Shown here piece after piece: positions 19,409 to 30,470 of a stretch of 64,000 nt of DNA. The DNA comes from Vulcanimicrobiota bacterium (GTDB lineage Bacteria; Vulcanimicrobiota; Vulcanimicrobiia; Vulcanimicrobiales; Vulcanimicrobiaceae). Numbering within the stretch: position 1 is the first letter of the stretch; each line of letters opens with the position of its first letter. The stretch spans positions 1-64,000 of the forward strand of contig CAWETW010000002.1 of the NCBI GenBank assembly GCA_963812155.1, read 5' to 3'. Under the pieces are notes generated by a model, which saw nothing but the letters and a program-made list of their open reading frames with translations, did not search any database and was not told the origin of the DNA. The position numbers were made by a program, and so were the translations under genes.

Positions 19409-20585
19409 GTTGCGGCTGCGTGACGCTCGTAGGCGCGGACGAACGGATAGTACATCAGCGCGGCCAGCACCACGTTCACCGCGGCCAGGACGATCGCGCG
19501 CACGTCCTGCGTCGCCAAATACGTCGACACGAACGTCGGGACCGACGACGGAACGTAAAAGGCCGCGCGCGAGACGAAGCCCGCCGCGACCGCGCCGTAC
19601 GTAATCGTCGCCAAGACCAGCGGAACCGCGACGAACGGAATGACGAGATACGGATTGAAGACGATCGGCGCTCCGAAGATCAGCGGATCGTTGATATTGA
19701 ACAGCGCCGGCAGGAGCGTCACGCGGCCGACGCGGCGCAGCCGCGGAACGCGCGAAACGCTCAGGAGCGCCGCCAGCGGAAGCGTCGCACCGGCACCGCC
19801 CGGGAAGACGAACAGGAACAGCGAGACGACGACGATGTACGGAAGCGGTGCGTGCACTGCGTACGCGTGGGTGTTTTGCATCTGCATCGTGAGATAGACC
19901 GGCGTGACGACCGTGGCGAGCATGGCCGGTCCGTGCACGCCGGCGGTCCATAGCAGCGTCTGCGCTAAAACGATCGCAATCAGCGCACCGTAGGTGTCGC
20001 CGAGTTGCGATATCGGGCGCATCGCCTCGGCGATGCCGGCCGCGATCGAGACGTTTGCGAGCGCGAGCGCCGCAAAGACGGCAAGCGCGGCCGCAGCTGC
20101 CAACCACGGTGCGCCCGCGCCGGCGCGGGCAAAGGCGGCCGCCAACGCGGCCGTAACGGCGCATGCCAGCATCGCGAGAAAAAGGCCGGATGCGCCGAGC
20201 GCGTGGAGATACGCAATCGGGTCCGGTCCGAACGGACGCGGAAGCGCGAGCGCGAAGCATCCGACGCCGGCGAGCAGCATGGGAAGCATCGCGTAACCCG
20301 TCGCGCGCGCGAGCCGGATGGGCAGCAAGATTGCCAAGACCGCCGCCATCGCGCCGAACGCCGGAAGCAGCGCCGCGGCGACGCGCAGACCGAGCGCCTC
20401 ATGCGTCGAGAGTTGCGACGCGAAGATCGCGGCGAATGCCGCCAGCAACCCGATGAAACTCCACGGAAGCGCCTCCCGGACGGCCACGAAAAACGGCACG
20501 TCGCCGAGACGTCGCATCACCGGTACGGCGTGACGTTCGAACCAGAGGAAGAGCGGGGAAGTGTCCGAGCTGCTCGAGCCGTCAG
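19405..20585 (-). CDS. PTS EIIC permease, lactose/cellobiose family (start uncertain)
   Basis: LLWTAGVHG, GGAGATL, PALFNINDPLIFGAPIVFNP, YYPFVRAYE. Confidence 0.85.
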
Positions 20586-21211
20586 AGCCGGCGGACGACG
20601 GCTTCGACGCGGCCGATGATCTCGACATCGTTCGCGTAGATTGGCGCCATCTCACGATTCTCCGGCTGAAGACGAATCCGGTTGCGCTCGCGATAGAAAC
20701 GCTTGACGGTCGCCTCGCCCTCGATCATTGCGACGACGACCTCGCCGTTGTCGGCGGTGCGCTGAGGACGCACCACGATCAAATCGCCGTCGAGTATTGC
20801 GGCCTCCACCATGGAATCGCCCTGGACGCGCAGCATGAACGCGTGGGAGCCGCGCGGCACGAAACCGGCCGGCAGCACGAACTCGCCTTCGATGTTCTCG
20901 GCCGCGGTGATCGGAACGCCGGCGGCGACCTTGCCGAGAACCGGCATCACCACCGTCTCAGGCGGCGCCATTTCGGAAGCCTGCGGCACGGCTCGCAGCG
21001 CTCGCGGCTTGGTGGGGTCGCGCGAGATAAGCCCTCGCCGCTCGAGCGCCTTGAGGTGGGCGTGGATCGTTGAGGAAGATGAAAGCCCGACCTTCTCGCC
21101 GATCTCGCGGACCGATGGCGGGTATCCGCGCTCCGCTTTAAAGTCGGCGATGGCCTGAAGGATACGGCGCTGCCGCTCGGTTGCAGGCTTTTCGATGGTA
21201 TTGACGCCCAT
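20582..21211 (-). CDS. lexA: SOS repressor LexA
   Basis: GYPPSVREIG, VAAGVP cleavage site, GDSM (Ser), ATVKR (Lys). Confidence 0.97.
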   Translation of the reverse strand: MGVNTIEKPATERQRRILQAIADFKAERGYPPSVREIGEKVGLSSSSTIHAHLKALERRGLISRDPTKPRALRAVPQASEMAPPETVVMPVLGKVAAGVPITAAENIEGEFVLPAGFVPRGSHAFMLRVQGDSMVEAAILDGDLIVVRPQRTADNGEVVVAMIEGEATVKRFYRERNRIRLQPENREMAPIYANDVEIIGRVEAVVRRL

Positions 21212-21308
21212 GAAGGATCCCCCAAAAAATCCGGACGCTCTCTGCGAGAGTGCCTGGCGTATGGCACTAGGGCCGGGTATAACTCTACCACAAAGCCGCC
21301 CGCTGAGG

Positions 21309-21322
21309 CAAACATACGTTCG
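21309..21322. promoter_or_regulatory. SOS box 1 (Gram-positive type)
   Basis: CAAACATACGTTCG, close to CGAAC-N4-GTTCG, between lexA and the yneA-like gene. Confidence 0.8.
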
Positions 21323-21331
21323 AGAAATCCC

Positions 21332-21362
21332 TTGACAGCCGAAGGCGACGATATGGTAAAAT
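21332..21362 (+). promoter_or_regulatory. Putative promoter of the yneA-like gene
   Basis: TTGACA (21332-37) and extended -10 TGnTAAAAT (21354-62); the 19-nt spacer is long. Confidence 0.5.
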
Positions 21363-21370
21363 CTAGTGGA

Positions 21371-21384
21371 CGAACAGGCGTTTG
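21371..21384. promoter_or_regulatory. SOS box 2
   Basis: CGAACAGGCGTTTG. Confidence 0.8.
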
Positions 21385-21420
21385 CCACAAAATATGGGAT
21401 ACGAGAGGAGAGAAACGACG

Positions 21421-21708
21421 ATGACCAGGCGTAAACGGTTGACCCTCATGCCGGTAATCGTGCTCGCCGCGTTGAGCCTCATGGTGGCACTCCCGACCCT
21501 TTCGGGCATGCGGCTCTATGCCGCAACGGCCGAGCGCTATACAACGGTTACGGTCCATCCAGGCGACACGCTTTGGTCGATCGCCTCAGACCATGGCGGC
21601 AGCGGCGACATTCAAGATGCCATCGATCGCATCAGCGCCGTCAACCACCTCCGCGGCGCGAGCCTTCAACCCGGCCAACACCTGCGTATCCCGCTGACGT
21701 CATCCTAA
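21421..21708 (+). CDS. YneA-like membrane-anchored LysM protein (probable SOS division inhibitor)
   Basis: N-terminal TM followed by LysM (VTVHPGDTLWSIA...NHL...LQPGQHLRIP); divergent from lexA. Confidence 0.85.
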   Translation: MTRRKRLTLMPVIVLAALSLMVALPTLSGMRLYAATAERYTTVTVHPGDTLWSIASDHGGSGDIQDAIDRISAVNHLRGASLQPGQHLRIPLTSS

Positions 21709-21824
21709 GCGGAGCTGCTCTTGCGTCATCCCTGAGCCGCGGGAGCTCCTCTCGTGTCATCCTGAGCGAAGCGCCCAACTATGTCATCCTGAGCGAAGCA
21801 CCGCAGGCGCGCAGTCGAAGGACG
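21699..21824 (+). repeat. Cluster of four GTCATCCTGAGCGAAGC-type REP-like repeats
   Basis: Copies start at 21699, 21725, 21756 and 21783; the last is closed by GTCGAAGGAC. Confidence 0.75.
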
Positions 21825-21851
21825 AGGACGCCTCAGGCGGCCTCTTTTTTT
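21824..21851 (+). terminator. Rho-independent terminator after the LysM gene
   Basis: GAGGACGCC-TCA-GGCGGCCTC followed by T7. Confidence 0.75.
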
Positions 21852-21874
21852 CGTCGGCCCTAGTTCGTCCCAAA

Positions 21875-22090
21875 CTACGCCTGACGGCGGGAGACGAGCA
21901 TGATGCCGTGACCGCTATGTTCGTCGAGAAATGCGAACCCTTCCATCATCCACGAATCGAGGCCGCCGGCGGAATGCTTGGCGACCTCGCGTACGACGTG
22001 GATACGATCGCGCAGCCACTGCAGCTCGGATCGGGTCGTCACCGGAAAGACCGCGACCTCACAGTCTTCGCACTTGTATCCGTACTGCAT
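21875..22090 (-). CDS. Small hypothetical protein with a CxxC motif (71 aa)
   Basis: MQYGYKCEDC...FLDEHSGH; possible CxxC...HxxH metal site. Confidence 0.65.
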   Translation of the reverse strand: MQYGYKCEDCEVAVFPVTTRSELQWLRDRIHVVREVAKHSAGGLDSWMMEGFAFLDEHSGHGIMLVSRRQA

Positions 22091-22145
22091 CGCGGCTCGC
22101 GCTTCGATGCAGGAGGCAAAGCCCCCGCTCACGCGCTTATGGCAG

Positions 22146-22178
22146 AAAAAAGCCCCCGCTCTTGCGAGCGGGGGCTTC
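22146..22178 (-). terminator. Rho-independent terminator of the TonB-like gene
   Basis: 12-bp stem AAGCCCCCGCTC/GAGCGGGGGCTT with a GCAA loop and a T-run on the minus strand. Confidence 0.85.
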
Positions 22179-22198
22179 GGGTCAGACTCGGATTCGGC

Positions 22199-25100
22199 TC
22201 AGAGCTTGACCTGAGCCTGGAAGTAGACCTGGAACGGAATCGAGTTATACAGCGGCTGATACGATTGGTTGAAGACCGCTGGATAGCCGGCCGTTCCGTT
22301 TTGCGGAGCGTGCGGGTTGTTTCCGTAGAAGAAACCCGCGCCCGGTGATTGCCTAGGTAGTAGAAGCCGTTGGGAGCGTACGCACACACGATGTTGTTCG
22401 GCTTGTATGCGGCCGTCCACGGCATCGGCGTTCCGCCGAAGCACTCGTTGAGGATGTTCGCCAGCGTGGCGACCACGTGCACCCGGGGCGTCACGTCGTA
22501 GCCGAACTGCATGCCCATGTTGAGCTGCCACGGTTCGCGATAGTTCGCAAGACCGTCGAACGTACCGGTTTGCGGATTCGGGATTGACAAGATAACCCGA
22601 AGGCGCGAACGTCGACGCGGTGCAGTACTGGTAGTTCGCGAAAGCGCCGGTCGGCGACCCCTTCAGTCCGGGAACCGTATGGCCTTGGTTGCCGAAGCAG
22701 TCGCGCGGATCGAGCCCCGTCACCGCCAGCGGCGAGCCGTAGGTGTTGCCCTCGTTGAGGAGCATGTTGATCGACGCCGTGAACTTGTCGTGTTTGTAGT
22801 TGAGGAACCCGGCGAAGACATTGGGATTGATCGCCGTCTGCGTCACCGTGTCCGGCGCACTCTGCGGCGGGTTGTTCGCGTACGCGTCGTACCAGCCGTT
22901 GCGATCGAGCAGCGCTTGCTCCGCGTAGTGGTAGTAGGGATTCGCGATCGTCGCCCTACGGCCGCATTGGTTTGTGGTTTGCACCGGAGCGTTGCGTTCC
23001 ATTCGGACCCCCGCCGTTGATGCAGTAAAACGGCGCGCCGCCGCCCTTCTTGGTCAGAGCGTTGAACACCGAGATGTAGCTGTTGATGACGTCGATGGCG
23101 TTCGACCCGTTGGCCAGCGTGCTGTATTTGATTTTCGCGCTGGTGAACGTGTACGACAGCTGCCCCGAGAGACCGTTACGCGTCGGATCGCCCTTCTGCA
23201 CGGCCAGTTCGACGCCGGCGGTCTGCTGCGTTGCAGCGTTGATGCCGGATGCGAAGTTGCCGCCGAGCGAGACGGTCACGAGTTGATTGGTCGTCCAGCG
23301 GAAGAACGGAGAGACTTTGAACGTCCAATCGGTGCCCTTGAGGTGCTTTTCGTACGAGAGGTCGTAGTTGTTCGACGTTTGCACCGGGTTGTCGTGGCCG
23401 GGATTGGTGAAGCCGAGCCCCCAGAAGTGCTGGAAGTCGAACTTCGCCATGCCTAAACCCGATACGTTCTGGTACTGCTCGAACGCAGTTTCCGTCGGTT
23501 GCGTGTAGCGGCCGTAGCTGAACCGCAGCACGTCGTCCGGGTCGAACGTATAGGTGCCGCCGACGCGCGGCGACCACAGCGGATGCGAGAACCCGGTCGG
23601 GCTCGTGCTGCTGAAGAGGCCGCTGCCGTTTTGACCGTTGGGATGGCGTGCCTGCTGGCCCGACGGCGAGATGAACGGATGTCCCGGCGACGAGTAGCAG
23701 AGGCCCGGCATCTCCCCGCTGCCCGGCGTATTGGGAATGACCTGCGGTCCCGCGTTACCCGGCGGGGTGCCGGGCGCGACGGGAACGAGGATCGGCTGGC
23801 CGGTTTTCGGATCGTAGCAATAGCCGTTCTGCGCTTGCGCGAACCAGAAGTTCGACTCCGGGTTCGACGTTTGCGGAAGCTGGTAGACGTAGCTTTCGAA
23901 GCGGACGCCGGCGTTGATGTCCCAGCGATCCGTCGGGCGCCATTCGTCTTGCAGCGCAACCGACGCGAACTGTGGCACCACGTTGTTGATCGTGCCGTAT
24001 CCGTCGGGAACGGTGACGATCGTCGTGGCTCCGGCTTTACACGCGGCGCTTCCGACTAAGCCCGGGTTTCCGGTCGATCCGGAAGTCTGAGCGCACGGGT
24101 TGTTCGACGTGTAGGCGATTGGACTGCCGCTTGCGTTGAAGAACGAGCCCGTCGGCGTGCCGTACGTGCCGCCGGTGCTCGAGAGCAGGCAGTTCGACGA
24201 CGAGCCGGTCTGGAGGCTGTAACAGTTGCCGTGCGAGTCGACGAAGTTCGTCGGATGCGACGGCGCGCCGTACCACTGGTTGTTCCAGCGCACGACGCTC
24301 GCGGTCGTGTAGTTGGCGGTCAACTGCAACAGGTTTTCCGCGTTGATTTGATCCGCCCCCATCAACTGGAGGCCGCGGGTGTGGGTGCTGAGCTCGTAAT
24401 CCGGCGACGGATAGCCGAAACCGGCGTCGTTGTAGCCGTACGCGGTCACCGCTTCGTTGCCGAAGTTAAAGTTGCTCATCAGCCAGTTGGAGTAGAACGA
24501 GTAGCCCATCAACCGCACGTACGCCGTCGAACCGAAGTTCTTCTGATACTGCAGTTTAATGACCGATCCGTTGTTCCACGTCGTGTCGCGCCCGTCGATC
24601 GGGACGCCGCCATGGAACGGATGGGCCGGCTGGCTCGGCGCCGAGTAGTTGATGACGTTTGCCGTCGACGACGACTGCCCGAACGTCGTACCCGGACCGA
24701 ACACGTGCGTGTCGACGTACGGAAGCGTTGACGTTCCCGTGGTCGCGCAGCCTACGAAGAAGATCGCTTCGTATCCGCATAGGTCTTTGTACGGACCGTT
24801 CGAGCCCGGATAGGTGGTGATGCCGAAGTCGGCAGCGATGTTCTGCCACCCCGGGAAGCCCTGGTTGATGTACGCCTCGCCGCCTTGGTCGGCTACGCTG
24901 GAGCCGAAGAACTGATGGTAGGCGAAGTTGTAGTACAGGAGCTGCACGTCGTCTTTGCCCGCGTCGTTGTGATGCGGGATGCCGAAGTGGAAGTTGGCGA
25001 CGTTTTCGCGGTCCGACGTGTTGACGGGCAATCCCAAGAAGCCCGAACCCGACCACGGCGTGTAGAGATTACACGTCGGCTGGCTCGGGAACTTCTGCGT

Positions 25101-26196
25101 CTTCTCGCCGCCAAGAAGCCCGAACGTCGGGTCGTATCCGAGCGATCCGGACGGCGCGCCGTTCGGACCGCACGTCGAGAACGTGCCCTGCGGGATAGAA
25201 CGACAGCGTGCTCGCGTAGGCGTTAAAGACCGACGAGAAGATGCCGTTCGGGCCGCTTCCGTCGATCGGCTGATTGGCGCCGTTGGTGTCGTCCAGCGTG
25301 TTGTACATTTGGTTGCTGCCCTGAATACCGACGTACCAGGAGAACAGCCGGTCGGGGGTCGCGCCGCCGGCTTCGACGGCGGCCTTGTGATAGAACGCGG
25401 GCGTCCCAATACCGAGCGTGGCTTGGGCGTAACCCGGGAAGGTGCCGGTCTTGATGACTTGGTTGATGTAGCCGGCAAGCGTGGCCGACGTACCGCCGGC
25501 CGGCGATCCGCCGGTGTAGATTTCGGTCTCTTGCGATCCAAGGCTCGACAGCGAGTTGGCGTTGTAGTTGTCGAACGCTCGGTTCACGGGAACGCCGTCG
25601 TACTCGTAGCCGACTTGGCTGTACGACGATCCGCGAATGTAGTAGACCTGGCCGAAGCCGTAGTTACCGATTTGTGAGACGACGCCCGGCTGCGAATAAA
25701 TCGCAGAATAGGCGCTGTCGAGGTTACCGCCGCCGCCGATGCCCTGGACGGTGGCTTGTGTTGCGGCGTTTACCGAGTAAACGTCCGCGGTCGTACCCGA
25801 TTTTACGAGGTTTCCGGCCGCGCGGGCGCTCACGTTGGCAATCGTCTTCAGTCCCTTTTCCATCTTGATCGTGATGGTCTGAGACTGGTCGGCGAAGACC
25901 GTGACGCCCGGAGTAGCCGAGGGGTTGAAGCCTTCCTTCGTCACCGACACGGTGTACGTGTCCGGAGACAACGAAAGGAAGGTGAAGTGCCCACTGGAGT
26001 CAGTGGTGGCGGTTATGGTTTGCGATGCCGAGGCCGCTTTCACGGCCGCGCCGGCAATCGGAGCTCCGTTTGTGTCTGTTATCTGGCCGCTCAGCCTTCC
26101 AGTCGTTCCCGCCAGTACCCATGTTGCCTGGCAAAGGAAAGCGACAAGAAGGGCGAGCGCCACGCAGACCTGACGGAGGGTGCGCGATCTGCTCAT
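22199..26196 (-). CDS. Large TonB-dependent-receptor-like outer-membrane protein with N-terminal carboxypeptidase-regulatory-like domain (several frameshifts)
   Basis: Signal peptide, GTTGRLSGQITD...PDTYTVSVTKEGF, plug-like YIRG...YEYDGVPVN, beta-strand motifs (LQDEWRPTDRWDINAGVRFE, WSPRVGGTY), C-terminal FQVYFQAQVKL. Spread over ORFs 25069-26196, 22956-25541, 22199-23002 and others. Confidence 0.8.
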
Positions 26197-26353
26197 GTTT
26201 TGCCCTCGATCAGCAGTGTATGGCTTGACGCCACTCGAGGACGAGCCGGGGCCAAATTTCGGCCTCAGCGGAATCCCAGGTGACGCAATCGAGGCACTTT
26301 CCTGGCCTCGGCGTCCGTTCCTTTAGAATCTTTTAAGATGAAAGCGGGCTCGT

Positions 26354-27233
26354 TTAGACCGCGGAAGCCAACCGTTGTGCCAGCAAGGCGGGTATCTGCG
26401 ACGGCCGCTCCGCGACCGGGAACGCCGGCCGCCCGGAAGGCATCGATTTTGCTCTGCGCCGTACCAAAGCCGCCCGAGATGATCGCGCCCGCATGTCCGA
26501 GCGACTTGCCGGGCGGGGCATTGCGGCCGCCGACAAACGCGACGACCGGCGTCTGCGGCAGGTGCTCGCGCACGTACGCCGCCGCGTCCTCTTCGTCGGA
26601 GCCGCCGATTTCACCGCAGATCACAATCGCTTTGGTCTGCGAGTCGTTCTGGAACTCCCGAAGGCAATCGACGAAGGTCGTGCCGATGATCGGGTCGCCG
26701 CCGATGCCGACGCACGTCGACTGTCCGAATCCGGCGCGCGTGAGGCCGTCGACCACCTCGTAGGTCAATGTCCCGGAGCGCGAGATCAAGCCGACGTCGC
26801 CTTCGGCAAAGACGTGCCCCGGCATGATGCCCACCGACGCCTTTCCCGGAGAGATCAGCCCGGGACAGTTGGGGCCGATGATGCGCATGCCGGGAGTCGA
26901 ACCGACGACCTTCAGCACGTCGTGCACCGGCACGCCTTCGGTGATGCAGACGGCCACGCCGATACCGGCATCGTAGGCCTCATAGAGTGCGTCGGCTGCA
27001 AAGGGCGGCGGAACGAAGATGCAGGTGTGGGTTGCGCCGGTCGCGGCGACCGCCTCCCGGACCGTGTCGAAGACCGGCAGTCCGTGCGGCGTCTTTTGAC
27101 CGCCTTTGCCGGGCGTCACGCCGCCGACGACGTTCGTGCCGTATCGGACCATCCGATCGGTGTGGTACGAACCTTCCGCGCCGGTGATGCCCTGGACGAT
27201 CACCTTGCTGTTCTTGTCTAAGAAAATGCTCAT
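26354..27233 (-). CDS. sucD: Succinyl-CoA synthetase alpha subunit (frameshift near the 3' end)
   Basis: [42 protein letters not shown]. Confidence 0.95.
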
Positions 27234-28417
27234 TGGGCGGCCGTCTCTCTCGCGCGACCGGCTATCTCGACGGCGCGGGCCGCGCCTTCGTCCATGGTTT
27301 CGACCGGCGTCATTCCCGCGTCGGCCAGAATGCGGCGCCCCTCTTTTTCGTTCGTTCCCGTCAGGCGAATGACGAGCGGGATCTTTCGCGACTTCGTCGT
27401 CGCAAGCGCCTCGACGATGCCGCGCGCCACTTCGTCGCCGCGCGTGATTCCGCCGAAGATGTTGATGAAGAACGCCGTCGCCGGCGTGTGATTCACGACG
27501 AGTTCGTAGCAGTTTCGCACGCGCTCCGCGTTGGCGCCGCCGCCGACGTCCAGAAAGTTCGCGACCTTGCCGCCGGCAAAGTTCACGGCGTCCATCGTGG
27601 CCATCGCAAGGCCCGCGCCGTTGGCCATCGTGCCGACGTTCCCGTCGAAGCGGCGGAAGTTCCGAATCCCCAGCCCCGATTCCGCGGCCAGCTTTTCGTC
27701 TTCGTCGAGCGGCAGCGACTTCTGCCACTCGGCGAACTCGGGATGCCGGAAGAGCGCATCGTCGTCGAGTTCGACCTTCGCATCGGATGCGATGACGCGG
27801 CCGTCCGCCGTCAGCGCCAGCGGATTGATTTCGACGAGTTTCGCGCCGTAGCGAAAGAACACGTCGTACAGCGATGCCAGAATCGCTGGAAACTGTTTGC
27901 GATAACCAGGATCCAGCTCCGCGTCGAACGCGAGTTCGCGTCCGATGAACGGCGAGTATCCGATCGCCGTGTCGACGAAAAACTTCGCAATCGACTCGGG
28001 ATGCTGCTCGGAGACTTCTTCGATGTCCATGCCGCCGAAGCGGCTCACCATGATGACGGGTTTTTTCGTCGCGCGGTCGATCGCGATCGCGCAATACGCC
28101 TCTTTCGCAATCGGCAGCTTTGCTTCGACGAGCAGCGAGTTGATCGGTTCGCCGTCGGGATTCTGCCGGTTCGGCGGCATCGGCGTTGCAAGAATATCTT
28201 CGGCGACCGCGCGCCCCTGCTCGGCCCCCTGCGCGAACTTGATCTTGCCGGCTTTACCGCGTCCACCCATGAGGACTTGCGCTTTGACGACCCACTCGCC
28301 GGCGACGTGTTCGAGGAACTCCGCGACTTCGCGCGGCGTGACGGCGTGACGGCTCTCCGGCACGGGAATGCCGGCACGGCGAAATAGTTCCTTTCCTTGG
28401 TACTCCATCAGGTTCAC
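27230..28417 (-). CDS. sucC: Succinyl-CoA synthetase beta subunit
   Basis: [45 protein letters not shown]. Confidence 0.97.
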   Translation of the reverse strand: MNLMEYQGKELFRRAGIPVPESRHAVTPREVAEFLEHVAGEWVVKAQVLMGGRGKAGKIKFAQGAEQGRAVAEDILATPMPPNRQNPDGEPINSLLVEAKLPIAKEAYCAIAIDRATKKPVIMVSRFGGMDIEEVSEQHPESIAKFFVDTAIGYSPFIGRELAFDAELDPGYRKQFPAILASLYDVFFRYGAKLVEINPLALTADGRVIASDAKVELDDDALFRHPEFAEWQKSLPLDEDEKLAAESGLGIRNFRRFDGNVGTMANGAGLAMATMDAVNFAGGKVANFLDVGGGANAERVRNCYELVVNHTPATAFFINIFGGITRGDEVARGIVEALATTKSRKIPLVIRLTGTNEKEGRRILADAGMTPVETMDEGAARAVEIAGRARETAAQ

Positions 28418-28453
28418 GGTACGGGATGTGCTCCTTATGCAGGTGTGGGCGCG

Positions 28454-29608
28454 TTATTTTCCCATCAGCGCGCGCGCGATGATGAGTTGTTGGATCTCCG
28501 AGGTGCCTTCGTAGATTTCGGTGATCTTCGCGTCGCGATAGTGGCGTTCGACCGGAAACTCGGTCGTGTACCCGTATCCACCGTGTATTTGCAACGCTTC
28601 CGACGCATGCTTGCGCGCCGCGGTCGATGCGAAGAGTTTCGCTTTGCTCGCTTCGATCGTGAACGGCCGTCCCGCATCGGCGAGCGCCGCAGCGCGGTAG
28701 ATCAGCAGACGCGCCGCGTCCAGATCGGTCGCCATCTGCGCGATCTTGAACGAAACGCCCTCGAATGCTCCGATCGCGCGGCCGAACGCATGGCGCTCCT
28801 TCGCGAATGCAACCGATTCGTCGAGACACGCGGCGAGAATGCCGGCCGCCTGCGCCGCGATGCCGATTCGTCCCGACGTCAGCGCGGTCATCGCGCTGCC
28901 GAAGCCTTCGCCCTCCTCACCCAGAAGCGCGTCGGAAACGACGGGAACGTCGTCGAATGCGACGTCGCACGTATTGCTCGTGTGAATGCCGAGTTTCTCG
29001 GTCACGCGTTCGACGGCGATGCCCGGCAACGCGGAGTCGATCAGAAACGCGCTGACGCCGCGCGCTCCCGGACCGCCGGTGCGGAACATCCCCATCATCA
29101 CGCCGCAATAACTGCCGTTCGTGCACCACTGCTTGCGTCCGTTCAAACGGTAGCCGTTGCCGTCACGCCCCGCGCTCGCGCGAATCGCGGCGGCATCCGA
29201 TCCGGCGTCCGGTTCGGTCAGAGCGAATCCCGCCAGCACGTCTTCGGCGGCAAGACGCGGAAGCCACGCGCGCTTCTGCGCTTCGGTACCGAGCTTGAGA
29301 ATCGCGGCGCAGATCATCGAGTGCACCGACACCGTCACCGCGGCGCCCGCGTCGACGCGCGCCAACTCCTCGATCGCGAGCGCGTACGACACATAGTCGG
29401 CGCCGCCTCCGCCGTATTCCTCCGGAACGAGGATACCCATGATGCCGGCGTCGGTAAGTTTCGTGTAGAGTTCGCGCGGGAAGGCGTGCTCGCGGTCCCA
29501 GCGAGCGACGTGGGGCGCGATTTCGCGCTGCGCGACTTCGGCCGTCAGCGCTGCGATCTCGCGCTGCTCGTCGCTCAAACCGAACTGTTCGCGGGCCGGC
29601 GTGATCAT
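28454..29608 (-). CDS. Acyl-CoA dehydrogenase (butyryl-CoA type)
   Basis: [39 protein letters not shown]. Confidence 0.95.
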   Translation of the reverse strand: MITPAREQFGLSDEQREIAALTAEVAQREIAPHVARWDREHAFPRELYTKLTDAGIMGILVPEEYGGGGADYVSYALAIEELARVDAGAAVTVSVHSMICAAILKLGTEAQKRAWLPRLAAEDVLAGFALTEPDAGSDAAAIRASAGRDGNGYRLNGRKQWCTNGSYCGVMMGMFRTGGPGARGVSAFLIDSALPGIAVERVTEKLGIHTSNTCDVAFDDVPVVSDALLGEEGEGFGSAMTALTSGRIGIAAQAAGILAACLDESVAFAKERHAFGRAIGAFEGVSFKIAQMATDLDAARLLIYRAAALADAGRPFTIEASKAKLFASTAARKHASEALQIHGGYGYTTEFPVERHYRDAKITEIYEGTSEIQQLIIARALMGK

Positions 29609-30444
29609 GCGTACGTGTAGAAACCGCGGCCGCTCTTTTTCCCGAGCCAGCCCGCAGCGACGTACTGACGCAGCAGCGGACACGCGCGGTACTTCGAATC
29701 GGCGAAACCCGTATACAAGACGTCCATGATCGCCAAGCAGGTGTCCAAACCAATGAAATCGGCCAGCGTCAGCGGCCCCATCGGATGGTTCATGCCGAGC
29801 TTCATCACCGTGTCGACCGCTTCCGGAGTCGCAACGCCCTCGTACACGGCGTAGATCGCCTCGTTGATCATCGGCATCAGCACGCGATTCGATACGAAGC
29901 CCGGGAAGTCGCGCACTTCGACCGGCGTCTTCCCCATCTGCTCGGCCAGCGCGCGCGTAAAGTCGTACGTCTCTTGCGACGTCGCGACGCCGCGAATGAT
30001 CTCGACCAGTTGCATCACCGGCACGGGGTTCATGAAATGCATGCCGATGACGCGCTCGGGCCGGCGCGTCGCGGCACCTAGTACGGTGATCGAAATCGAC
30101 GACGTGTTGCTGGCGAGGATCGCTTGCGGCCCGCACGCGTCGTCGAGCGCGCGGAAGATCGCCAGCTTCGTGTCGAGATGCTCGGTCGCCGCTTCGATCG
30201 CGAGGTCGACGTCGAACGACGAGATCGCGGGCGCCGAAACGATGCGTCCGAGGATTTCCGTGCGGCCGGTTTCGGTCAGCCGTCCCTTCTCGACGCTGCG
30301 CGCAAGGTTCTTTCCAATCCCTGCGATGCCGCGTTCGACGAGGTCGGCGCAACGATCGTTGAGCAGCACGCTATGTCCGGCGGCCGCCGCGACTTGCGCG
30401 ATACCCGAGCCCATCTGCCCCGCACCGATGACGGCAATTTTCAA
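29605..30444 (-). CDS. hbd: 3-hydroxybutyryl-CoA dehydrogenase
   Basis: [39 protein letters not shown]. Confidence 0.93.
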   Translation of the reverse strand: MKIAVIGAGQMGSGIAQVAAAAGHSVLLNDRCADLVERGIAGIGKNLARSVEKGRLTETGRTEILGRIVSAPAISSFDVDLAIEAATEHLDTKLAIFRALDDACGPQAILASNTSSISITVLGAATRRPERVIGMHFMNPVPVMQLVEIIRGVATSQETYDFTRALAEQMGKTPVEVRDFPGFVSNRVLMPMINEAIYAVYEGVATPEAVDTVMKLGMNHPMGPLTLADFIGLDTCLAIMDVLYTGFADSKYRACPLLRQYVAAGWLGKKSGRGFYTYA

Positions 30445-30470
30445 TTCAAGCGCGTTTCGAAGCCGTGCGG

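Noticed and set aside
21699..21824. Possible mini CRISPR array
   Set aside because: The repeats are about 17 bp with only about 10-nt spacers, are degenerate, and no cas genes are present.
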